Position numbers and translations under genes: made by a program
Source of the DNA: Clostridia bacterium
GTDB taxonomy: Bacteria > Bacillota > Clostridia > RGIG6154
Assembly (NCBI GenBank): GCA_045660065.1
Contig: JAZRDC010000068.1
Span: forward strand, 10,908-74,907
Direction of reading: 5' to 3'
Length of the DNA stretch: 64,000 nt
Notes under the pieces: generated by a model
The model's input: only the letters and a program-made list of their open reading frames with translations
Told to the model about the DNA's origin: nothing
Database searches by the model: none
Shown here: piece after piece, positions 56,279-64,000 of the stretch
Layout of the letters: every line of letters begins with the position of its first letter
Position numbering within the stretch: position 1 is the first letter of the stretch

Positions 56279-56425
56279 TATTCCACACATAGAAGGCGGC
56301 CGCAACATTTGCCCGGGAAAGTGAAGCGGCCCTGGCAACACCCCAAACCCAAGTTTGTTTTTTATTTGTTTTTACTCCTTATTATGTAATAAATTTTATG
56401 GCGGCTGCCTTCTATGTGTGGGATA
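56279..56425 (+). ncRNA. Putative structured RNA: 25-bp closing stem with a 97-nt loop
   Basis: Arms at 56279-56303 and 56401-56425 pair fully on the + strand, including 2 G-U. Confidence 0.55.
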
Positions 56426-56445
56426 GTGGAAAGGAGATAAGTTAA

Positions 56446-56676
56446 ATGACAGGAATAAGTGTTACAGAAAAGAGGTTTCTGACGGTAAATGATGTGAAGG
56501 ATTATTTAGGGTGTACATATTATATGGCTAATAAGATTATGCACTCAAAGGGTTTTCCATCGTTTTCTCTTGATGATTTAAGTGATAATTTAAAGCCAAG
56601 GTTTATTGTTGCACTTGAGGATTTTGAAGAATGGCTTGAGAAAATGAAAAAAAACAATCGAAGAAAGACGAGGTGA
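56446..56676 (+). CDS. Excisionase-like HTH protein
   Basis: FLTV.DV..YLG...Y....IMH..GFP...R.IV....FEEWL; SD aaggag. Confidence 0.75.
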   Translation: MTGISVTEKRFLTVNDVKDYLGCTYYMANKIMHSKGFPSFSLDDLSDNLKPRFIVALEDFEEWLEKMKKNNRRKTR

Positions 56677-56903
56677 GGAAAGTGGACAAGTTTATAAACA
56701 ATTTTGATGTGGTGCTTTTTTATTACCTGATGTTTTTAATTCCGGTGATAATCGGCTGCATAATAGAAAAAATAAGTGAAAGAAAGGAATTGAAGAAAAA
56801 TGAAAACAGTGGACAAGTTGTTGGGAATTTTAGAGGAAGGAAAGTCGGTTCTGAATGGAACGATAATGAGGGATATTCAGAAGGGAAACGCTACAGCGCT
56901 TAA
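56673..56903 (+). CDS. Phage hypothetical protein with one TM segment
   Basis: Coupled start; hydrophobic segment; 3' part overlaps the next ORF. Confidence 0.45.
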   Translation: MRKVDKFINNFDVVLFYYLMFLIPVIIGCIIEKISERKELKKNENSGQVVGNFRGRKVGSEWNDNEGYSEGKRYSA

Positions 56904-57213
56904 TGAAAGACTTGTGAATTTCTATTTTATGCGAGGTGTGGCGGTTCTGCCTGCTCCGGGCACACAACTATGGTATCTTACAAAAGACAGAGGCGAAAAG
57001 TATTGCAGAGTAAGTTCTGGAAAGTTTGTTGCTTTGGGAAGAGATTGCGTTGTAATGACCACAAATGTTGAGCCTGAAAAACTTATTAAGGAGTGTGAAG
57101 AACATTTTGTTTGTCATACTGCAGTTTATGTTTTTCCTGTGGGTGATGTTTTTGAAACAGAGGAAGAGGCAAGAGAAGAACTTGCAAGAAGGAGAGAAAC
57201 TTATGGCGATTGA
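56800..57213 (+). CDS. Phage hypothetical protein
   Basis: SD-like aaagga; ends ..FETEEEAREEL, typical of phage early proteins. Confidence 0.7.
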   Translation: MKTVDKLLGILEEGKSVLNGTIMRDIQKGNATALNERLVNFYFMRGVAVLPAPGTQLWYLTKDRGEKYCRVSSGKFVALGRDCVVMTTNVEPEKLIKECEEHFVCHTAVYVFPVGDVFETEEEAREELARRRETYGD

Positions 57214-57451
57214 TGAAAATTTAAAACTTGGAGGTGGGGTAATCAGGATTATTACTGACCACAAGGCCAAGGCACTATGCGGAGAGCACAGGACCTTAAA
57301 AGAATGCTTTGAAATTGGAAGGGCTATGTGTGAAATGCCGACTTCAACTGTGATTGTGATGCATGAAGAAGCGGTTAAGGGAAATGTATACCGATTTGGT
57401 GGCCACGGTGCGTTCTGGGAAGAAGTTGGAACACTGAATGGATTTGCGTGA
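57203..57451 (+). CDS. Phage hypothetical protein
   Basis: SD aaggag before ATG 57203. Confidence 0.65.
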   Translation: MAIDENLKLGGGVIRIITDHKAKALCGEHRTLKECFEIGRAMCEMPTSTVIVMHEEAVKGNVYRFGGHGAFWEEVGTLNGFA

Positions 57452-57467
57452 GGAAGGAGTGAGATAG

Positions 57468-57896
57468 TTGGAAGCAGTTGTAATTTATTATACAGGTATG
57501 GTAACAAAGATTGATGTTCCCGAGAACGGGAGGCCGTTATATAAACAGATTCGTTTTATAATCAGCGGGTATATGGAAAACACATATCCTAAAAATCTTC
57601 CTGATGGATACATAATGATTGTAAATGAAGAAGGTAAGTTGAATGGACTTCCAGTTAACACTATTGCCACAATGGTTTATGGCAGTGATGCGGATTTTAT
57701 TGTTGGCGATGTTATTATTTTAAAGTTTGGTGAGTTCGAAGGTGAATCTGATGTTGTTGGAATGACCGAAGCGGAAGCGGATGAGGTTATGAAGTGCATT
57801 CACCAGACAATTATAAAGAGCAATAAAAAAGCCCGTCTTGTGGAAGAAGACGGACCTGAAGATGTGCAAAGCACATCATCCAATTTGCAGGATTAG
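57468..57896 (+). CDS. DUF3846-like phage protein
   Basis: MIVNEEGKL.GLPVN..AT...D.IVGDV motif. Confidence 0.75.
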   Translation: MEAVVIYYTGMVTKIDVPENGRPLYKQIRFIISGYMENTYPKNLPDGYIMIVNEEGKLNGLPVNTIATMVYGSDADFIVGDVIILKFGEFEGESDVVGMTEAEADEVMKCIHQTIIKSNKKARLVEEDGPEDVQSTSSNLQD

Positions 57897-57940
57897 TATA
57901 ACATAAATGTTTGGTAAAGTCAAATTTTAAGGAGTTATAT

Positions 57941-58285
57941 ATGAAAAAACAAGATAAGAAGGCATACGGTGAGCTTGAAAATGTAATGCTTACCGATGAA
58001 GAGTACGGGAAACTTAAACAAAAGTTTCCCGATGATTTTGAAGACAGAATAAATGCGGTGGGTTTTTATATGGACTCTTCCGGGAAGAAATATAAAAGTC
58101 ATTATGCGACAATCCTGATGTGGGACAGAAGAGATAAGGAAAAGAAAAGGGAGGCCGAAGTTCCTAAAGGAACGAGTTTTTCTAATTATAAGGAACGCGA
58201 AACTGATTATGATGCGTTGGAACGAAAGAATTTGGCCGATTTGATGAGCGGGAGAATACTTAATGATATTAGAATCAAGGATTGA
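57941..58285 (+). CDS. Phage replication initiator C-terminal-like domain (short)
   Basis: YG...NV.LTDEEY.KL...Y..S.GKKYK.HYATI..W motif; SD aaggag; no N-terminal domain. Confidence 0.7.
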   Translation: MKKQDKKAYGELENVMLTDEEYGKLKQKFPDDFEDRINAVGFYMDSSGKKYKSHYATILMWDRRDKEKKREAEVPKGTSFSNYKERETDYDALERKNLADLMSGRILNDIRIKD

Positions 58286-58667
58286 AAAGGTTTCTGATAC
58301 TGCTGCAAGGAATGGAGTTGTTGCGGCCCGTGAGGGCGGCAAACTTACCGCTTTATATGAAGATAATTTTATGAATCTTGAAGAAATGTTTTTATATTAC
58401 GTTATAAGAGATTTATATTACTGGTATGAACGAGGGGAAATATCTTTATCTGAGGCGGAAATAAGAAAGAAAAAGGCTTTAAGGTATGTAAGGCATCAGA
58501 ATGATTTAGAGGAAATGAGTAAAAATTCTTATGACAAAAAACTGGGTCCGGAACAAGAGGAGCCGCTTTTATGGGCTATAAATAAAGAGGCGGATAAAGA
58601 AAAGAAACTGGAACTTGCTTTGGAGTTTATAAGAAGAATTACAGGGCAGGCAATAATAGTTTTATGA
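58263..58667 (+). CDS. Phage hypothetical protein
   Basis: 134-aa ORF in the early operon. Confidence 0.65.
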   Translation: MILESRIEKVSDTAARNGVVAAREGGKLTALYEDNFMNLEEMFLYYVIRDLYYWYERGEISLSEAEIRKKKALRYVRHQNDLEEMSKNSYDKKLGPEQEEPLLWAINKEADKEKKLELALEFIRRITGQAIIVL

Positions 58668-58679
58668 AGGAGAGAAAAT

Positions 58680-60281
58680 ATGAAAGTTATAAATGAAAGG
58701 TGTCCTTTTTCAGGAGAGTGCGGATATTCAAAGTGTGAGTTTAAATTCAACGAAGCGGAATGCAGGTTTTGTTTTGGCAATCAGATGCCGGGTAAAGAGA
58801 TTGCAGATCAGGTGCCAAAAGAGGCTATGGAATTTTTTGAAACAGAAGGCGATAATGAGCCTTCAGGCGAACTTGTTTATCTTGATGTGGACAAGTTGTT
58901 TCCTCATCCGGATAATCCAAGAAAAGATTTGGGAGATTTAACTGAACTTAAGGATAGTATTAAGGTGAGCGGAGTTCTGCAGAACCTGACGGTTGTTCCC
59001 GGGCACAGATTATCTCAGGAAGAATGGATAAAGATTGCCAAAGCAGAGGGCGTTAGTAAGGCTAATGCACTTGGTACATATAATCCTGAAGAAGCGTATA
59101 CACCCGAGGGGTATACAATTATAATTGGCCACAGAAGATGTGCTGCAGCAAAAGAAGCGGGGCTTGTTACGGTGCCTTGTATAATTGTTGAAATGAGCAT
59201 TGAAGAACAGGTTGCGACTATGATGGCCGAGAATATGCAACGTTGTGATTTGAGTCTTCGTGAGCAGGCAGAGGGCTTTCAGATGATGATGGATTTAGGA
59301 ATTTCGGAAGCGGATATTTCTAAAAGAACGGGATTTTCAAGAACCACTGTAAAAAGAAGACTGAATCTTTTGAAACTGGATAAAGGCGGTTTTGAAAAAG
59401 CTGAAGCAAGAGGTGCAACTCTTTCTGATTACATAGAACTTGATAAGATAAAGGATGAAAAAGCAAGAAACAAGGTTTTGGGATATGTCGGAACATCTTC
59501 TTTTAAATGGGAACTTGACCGTGCTATTAAAGACGAAGAAAAAAATGCGTGCAGGGGTGAACTTTTAGAACTTGTAAAGGCATTTGCTACGGAGAGAACA
59601 GACGAGGTAAGAAAAACTAAACCTGCAGCATTTGTGAGAAATTTAAGTTTTACAAAAGGTGAAATTAAAAATTTTGAACTACCGAAGGATTACGGCACTG
59701 CAGAATATTATTATGAAGAAACTTCTTATGGTATTTATCTTTACAGGGGTAAAGGTGAAGATGAGCAGAAGGCCTTTGACGAAAGGGCTGAAAAGGAAGC
59801 CAAAAGACAGGCAGAGCAGAACGAGTGGCAGAATGCCTGCAAAGAAATATCTCAGCGTGCTTATAACTTAAGGCTTGAGTTTGTGAAAAATTATGTTTTA
59901 AAGCCAGCACATATTGAACTTGTAACACTGTGGGCCATAAAGAAAATGATGACAACATATTACGATTCTTTGGATACTGAACTTTTTGAAGAGGTTACCG
60001 GTTTTAAGGCGGACAAAGATACAGGAAATGATTTTCAAGATTATGAAAGTAGTATTTCAGATGTGAAGAAAAAGGATGAACTTCTTTTAAAATGTGTTTA
60101 TTGTCTGATTGGTGATAATTCGCAACATAATTATTTTGCTTATCATAAGGGTGAGTATTGTGAAAATGAAGAACTTGATGAACTTTATGAGTTCCTTTGC
60201 GATTTCGGATATGAAATGAGTGAGGAAGAAATTGCACTTCAGAATGGTTCGCATGAGATGTTTGAAAAGAGTGATGTGTGA
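58680..60281 (+). CDS. ParB/Spo0J-family phage protein
   Basis: PHPDNPRK...L.EL..SI...GVLQNL.V, IIGHRR..AA..AGL..VPC, EN.QR.DL. Confidence 0.9.
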   Translation: MKVINERCPFSGECGYSKCEFKFNEAECRFCFGNQMPGKEIADQVPKEAMEFFETEGDNEPSGELVYLDVDKLFPHPDNPRKDLGDLTELKDSIKVSGVLQNLTVVPGHRLSQEEWIKIAKAEGVSKANALGTYNPEEAYTPEGYTIIIGHRRCAAAKEAGLVTVPCIIVEMSIEEQVATMMAENMQRCDLSLREQAEGFQMMMDLGISEADISKRTGFSRTTVKRRLNLLKLDKGGFEKAEARGATLSDYIELDKIKDEKARNKVLGYVGTSSFKWELDRAIKDEEKNACRGELLELVKAFATERTDEVRKTKPAAFVRNLSFTKGEIKNFELPKDYGTAEYYYEETSYGIYLYRGKGEDEQKAFDERAEKEAKRQAEQNEWQNACKEISQRAYNLRLEFVKNYVLKPAHIELVTLWAIKKMMTTYYDSLDTELFEEVTGFKADKDTGNDFQDYESSISDVKKKDELLLKCVYCLIGDNSQHNYFAYHKGEYCENEELDELYEFLCDFGYEMSEEEIALQNGSHEMFEKSDV

Positions 60282-61441
60282 TGGGGCAAGCAAGGAACTG
60301 GACAAATGAAGAATATGCGATTTTAAGAAACTTCTGGGGAAGTAAATCCATTCCTGCCATTGCGGCACAACTTGGGAGGTCTCCGAATGCTATAAAGACT
60401 AAGGCGGACAGGCTTAATCTTGGCCCGGTGCTTGAGTCAGGTGATTACATAACACTTAATCAGCTCGTGATTGCGGTAACCGGCAATTCGCAAAGCTATA
60501 GTTATCATATGAAAAGTTGGGTTCAAAACAGGGGACTTCCTATTCACACCAAGAAGGTTGAAAGGTGCAGCTTCAGGGTTGTTTATATTGATGAGTTCTG
60601 GAAGTGGGCGGAAGAAAATCGCTCTTTTATAGATTTTTCAAAGTTTGAACCTTTTTCTCTGGGAGAAGAACCTGAATGGGTAGCGGAGCAACGAAAGAAA
60701 GATTATCAAAGTTTCAGACTTCAGAGAAAGGATCCCTGGACACCTTTGGAAGATGAGCAGTTAAAGCAATTACTGGCAAAGCAAAAGTATGGATATTCGG
60801 AATTGAGCAAACTTCTGCGCAGGTCTGCAGGTGCTATTCAAAGAAGGTGTACAGATTTGGGATTGAAAGCAAGACCTGTGAGAGCTGACAATCACGGAGA
60901 AAGTGCACGATGGACAGATAAACATTTTGAAATACTTGCCGAAGGAATAAAAAACGGTGAAAGTTACAGCTTGATTGGTGAGAAAATAGGCAAATCGGAA
61001 AAGGCTGTAAGAGGAAAAGCTTATTTTGTTTATCTTACCGAAGATGCAGATAAAATCCGTAAAATGATTGGGACCGGTTCCTGGGGAGATGGTGCTCCGG
61101 AAGTGTTGGTTAAACAGGGGATTCACTTATCCAGGACCAGAGCAGAAACAAGAAACAATTTAAGCAAACTTGCAGGCCTTCTGCAGGTGCGGAGAAATGA
61201 ACTTGGATATGATCCGTACTGGCAAAAGGATATGTGTGTTCATTGGGACAGATTCAAAGGCTGTATTAAATGCCAGGACAACTGTGATGAGTGCACCGAG
61301 TTTGAGAGAATCAGACCACAGTATTGTGTACGATGCGGTAAGACATTCTTTGAAAGAAAGCAAAATAAGATTTGTTCTTCCTGCAGGTTAGCCAGAGCAC
61401 AGCAGGCAAGAAAAAAATATGCGATTATGAATAGGAGTTAA
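60278..61441 (+). CDS. Phage DNA-binding protein with three Myb/SANT-like repeats and a Cys-rich C-terminus
   Basis: WTNEE..IL, WTPLEDEQL, WTDKH.EIL; CxxC motifs. Confidence 0.7.
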   Translation: MMGQARNWTNEEYAILRNFWGSKSIPAIAAQLGRSPNAIKTKADRLNLGPVLESGDYITLNQLVIAVTGNSQSYSYHMKSWVQNRGLPIHTKKVERCSFRVVYIDEFWKWAEENRSFIDFSKFEPFSLGEEPEWVAEQRKKDYQSFRLQRKDPWTPLEDEQLKQLLAKQKYGYSELSKLLRRSAGAIQRRCTDLGLKARPVRADNHGESARWTDKHFEILAEGIKNGESYSLIGEKIGKSEKAVRGKAYFVYLTEDADKIRKMIGTGSWGDGAPEVLVKQGIHLSRTRAETRNNLSKLAGLLQVRRNELGYDPYWQKDMCVHWDRFKGCIKCQDNCDECTEFERIRPQYCVRCGKTFFERKQNKICSSCRLARAQQARKKYAIMNRS

Positions 61442-61443
61442 AT

Positions 61444-61755
61444 ATGACAGCGAATGAAAGATTGACAGAGTTGATTGATAGAGCTAAGCAAGAATACGCA
61501 AATGATGTAACAGACCATACCGAAACAGAGTACATTGCTGAATGTTTGTTTAATAGCGGTGTTATTTTACCACCAGCTACTCTTGATGAAAAAATCATTG
61601 AAGCGGCCAGACTTAAGTATAACAATGGGCGGAGTACAGAAGAAATTGCCGAAATTATGGGATATAGTTCAAGACAGATCAGTAGATTTCTGAAAAAATT
61701 TGAAGAAAAAACCGAAGAGGAAATTCAGAAGGCTCTGCAAGTTGCGGTCAAGTAA
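61444..61755 (+). CDS. Phage HTH protein (sigma-region-4-like)
   Basis: G.STEEIAEIMGYS.RQI.R.L; SD aggag. Confidence 0.7.
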   Translation: MTANERLTELIDRAKQEYANDVTDHTETEYIAECLFNSGVILPPATLDEKIIEAARLKYNNGRSTEEIAEIMGYSSRQISRFLKKFEEKTEEEIQKALQVAVK

Positions 61756-61867
61756 AAATACGAAGTTATTCGTTATAAACTGAAAGTTAATTGTCTTAAA
61801 TCAAAAAGTTAGTTGGTTTTAGACAAGTTTTAGACAGTTTAAGACAACTAAGGGAAGGAATGAGGGA

Positions 61868-62158
61868 ATGAAAAAATTTATAAAAGGAACATTTGAACTT
61901 GATAAGGATATAACAGATTTGGTTGCTTATGAAGAAAAGAAAAAAGATAAAATATTAGAAATTGTTGATTGGTGTAATCGCTTTGGAGTTGCACTAAATT
62001 GCGGAACGGCAGACGATAACACATATCTTTGTGAATATAAGATTGTAGCAAATACAAAGACAATGTGTAACGGCTTGTTGAGAGAGTTTAAGGAAATGCT
62101 AAAAAATTGTTATCCTTATGTCAAATCGCTTTGGCAAGGAAGCGGAGATTGTTTTTGA
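61868..62158 (+). CDS. Phage hypothetical protein
   Basis: SD-preceded 96-aa ORF. Confidence 0.65.
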   Translation: MKKFIKGTFELDKDITDLVAYEEKKKDKILEIVDWCNRFGVALNCGTADDNTYLCEYKIVANTKTMCNGLLREFKEMLKNCYPYVKSLWQGSGDCF

Positions 62159-62174
62159 AAGGCGGTGTTAAACA

Positions 62175-62981
62175 ATGCTTGAAGTGATATATAGAATATA
62201 TCAAGTTGCAGATAAGGAAAAACCGCCTGAAAATGGGTATTTGTTTTGGGATAATCCAAATATAGAATTAACTATGGATTGTAAGATATGTGACAACAGA
62301 GACCATTTCAAAGAACTGATAAGAGAAGAATATGGCGAAAATATACCATTCCGAAACACAAAGAAATTAAAGACAGGTGATTTGTATTGTATTATCATTG
62401 GTGAACATTGTTGGAATACTGAAAGATATTTCAACAGGATTGAATACACTTGTGCTTGTTGTGGTTGTAAAGTTACAGGGTATATTGATAAATCTCATAG
62501 ATTAGAAGATTATGAGGTCAGAAACAAGCTTTGCGGTCAATATGACAAATATGCTGATTTACGATTCTGTTCTTACAAATGTCACGAACATTTTTTAGAA
62601 AGAGAACGACAAAAGTGTCTTAATGATGGCTTAATTGATGAAAGTTTTATCACGAAGGATAGTTATTCTTACAATGACATTGCCGGTTATATTTACAAAA
62701 TCAGCAAAAAGTCAACTGGCGAATTTTATGTTGGTCAAACAATATATGCACCGATTTTCCGGTGGGGGCAGCACCTAAAAACAGACAGATTTGATATTAA
62801 GGACATTACAGATTATCAATTTGAGGTAATAGAGGTTGTTCCTAAAAACGAAAATATCCTTGCAAGAGAAAAATACTACATACAAAAGTATTACAAAGAA
62901 AATCCTGAAAAATCACTTAATATTATGTGTACTGCAAATATAAATACTAATCAAATAGAATTTGAAAGCGAGGTAGAGTGA
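62175..62981 (+). CDS. GIY-YIG nuclease with a zinc-finger segment
   Basis: GYIYKI......FYVGQT......R..QH...E..Y motif; CACCG...FCS..C. Confidence 0.82.
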   Translation: MLEVIYRIYQVADKEKPPENGYLFWDNPNIELTMDCKICDNRDHFKELIREEYGENIPFRNTKKLKTGDLYCIIIGEHCWNTERYFNRIEYTCACCGCKVTGYIDKSHRLEDYEVRNKLCGQYDKYADLRFCSYKCHEHFLERERQKCLNDGLIDESFITKDSYSYNDIAGYIYKISKKSTGEFYVGQTIYAPIFRWGQHLKTDRFDIKDITDYQFEVIEVVPKNENILAREKYYIQKYYKENPEKSLNIMCTANINTNQIEFESEVE

Positions 62982-63307
62982 TGGCATACATTAACAAGGA
63001 AAAGACGGAAGAAGCCATAAGAAAGTATGCTGACCAAAAGTATAGCAACGGTGAGCAGATAGAATATGTCAATGGTATCTTAAAATCTATAAGTGTAATA
63101 AACGAGCAACCCACCGCAGATGTTGAGGAAGTGAAGCACGGGTATTGGGCAACTGACGAAGAAGATATTTATTGGGGTAATTCACTTAAAAGGAAACATT
63201 GTTCCGTGTGTAAGGCAAGACCATTTTTTGACAAGGAAAAACGAGAATTTATATTAACTGATTATTGTTCTGATTGCGGTGCAAAAATGGACGGAGGTGG
63301 CAACTAA
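62978..63307 (+). CDS. Phage hypothetical protein with zinc ribbon
   Basis: PTADVEEVKHG.W...CSVC...YC.DCGAKMD. Confidence 0.8.
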   Translation: MMAYINKEKTEEAIRKYADQKYSNGEQIEYVNGILKSISVINEQPTADVEEVKHGYWATDEEDIYWGNSLKRKHCSVCKARPFFDKEKREFILTDYCSDCGAKMDGGGN

Positions 63308-63555
63308 TGTCTTTTGTCAGGAAAGAATCGTTGATTTCAGACGTAAAAAGGCATCTTATGCCAAATGTTGATTTTGACGGAACAGTTACTGTAGAAAATG
63401 CAGAAAGGTATTTTCTAAACTTGATAGAAAAACATCAGGTAGAAAACACCGAGGAGGTTGTATATTGCAAAGATTGCTCTCGTAGATATACAAAGTTTTG
63501 CAATGCAAAGCACGAAACACCGGATAAAGGTTTCTGTAGTAGCGGTATACGGTGA
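63307..63555 (+). CDS. Phage hypothetical protein, Cys-rich C-terminus
   Basis: SD ggaggtg; VV.CKDC...FC...GFCS.G. Confidence 0.75.
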   Translation: MSFVRKESLISDVKRHLMPNVDFDGTVTVENAERYFLNLIEKHQVENTEEVVYCKDCSRRYTKFCNAKHETPDKGFCSSGIR

Positions 63556-63592
63556 GAACGGAAATAAAAGAACGATTTTAAGGAGGGAGAGT

Positions 63593-64000
63593 ATGCTTGA
63601 TTTAGAAAATCAAAAAGCAAGATTTAAAGATCATATCTCAACATTTACCGATTATGTAAATATAAAAATATTAGATTTTAAAAAACCTGATAGCACAGAG
63701 TACAGGATTAGATTTATGTTTGAGGAAGATTTTTGCAGGTTACATATAACAGGTGATTTGGGAGATTTGGTTGCTTCAAACTACAATAATATGACTTATG
63801 GTAAATTTTCTGACTTTGTCAATAATGCAGGGTATTTTGAAGAAAAAATTGATTGTATGTCAAGGAAAGTGTATTTCTACGACAGAGATAAGGCTGTAAC
63901 TGATTTAAAGAAACTGATAGAAGAATATCAGATAGAGGATGAGTTGATAGAAAATACATTTAACAATAGCATAGAAGATGCAATTGATGATGTTCTTGAA
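63593..64000 (+). CDS. Phage hypothetical protein, truncated by the window end (not in the ORF track)
   Basis: SD aaggaggg; open frame MLDLENQKARFKDH...LHITGDLG...YFEEKI to base 64000. Confidence 0.8.
   Translation, partial: MLDLENQKARFKDHISTFTDYVNIKILDFKKPDSTEYRIRFMFEEDFCRLHITGDLGDLVASNYNNMTYGKFSDFVNNAGYFEEKIDCMSRKVYFYDRDKAVTDLKKLIEEYQIEDELIENTFNNSIEDAIDDVLE

Larger units (their letters stand above)
49897..64000. mobile_element. Prophage, left end, integrated at tRNA-Trp; continues beyond the window
   Basis: Integrase next to a tRNA 3' end, ImmA, CI/Cro switch with operators, excisionase-like gene, dense phage early genes. The exact att boundary cannot be set without attR. Confidence 0.92.

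Overview
This is a low-GC window from a spore-forming Clostridia-class Firmicute (spoIIM, ctsR-clpC, pta-ackA, plant-glycan GH127 and GH28). Bases 1-49900 are host chromosome: a 5'-truncated secreted metallophosphoesterase, an AraC/GH127/esterase locus, two nfnAB transhydrogenase operons, an acyltransferase plus acyl-CoA ligase, Na/Pi and Mg (mgtE) transporters, a split rml set, gdhA, and housekeeping operons ending in rpsT and tRNA-Trp. From about 49900 to the window end is the left part of a temperate prophage integrated at the tRNA-Trp 3' end (integrase, immunity region, early genes; no structural genes or attR in view). Best leads: (1) a prophage NYN/PIN-fold RNase preceded by a promoter and a ~90-nt terminator-ended structured RNA, an architecture like a type III/AbiF-type RNA antitoxin-toxin; (2) a leader-peptide attenuator in front of mgtE; (3) an ImmA protease one A away (A8 tract) from being fused to a transmembrane plus extracellular domain; (4) a family of covarying ~250-nt palindromic elements in 3' UTRs, two of them flanked by direct repeats; (5) an McsA zinc-finger-ClpC fusion retaining an internal start; (6) a 25-bp long-range stem with an anti-SD loop before the excisionase-like gene. 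All product calls rest on motif recognition by eye; no database searches were run.
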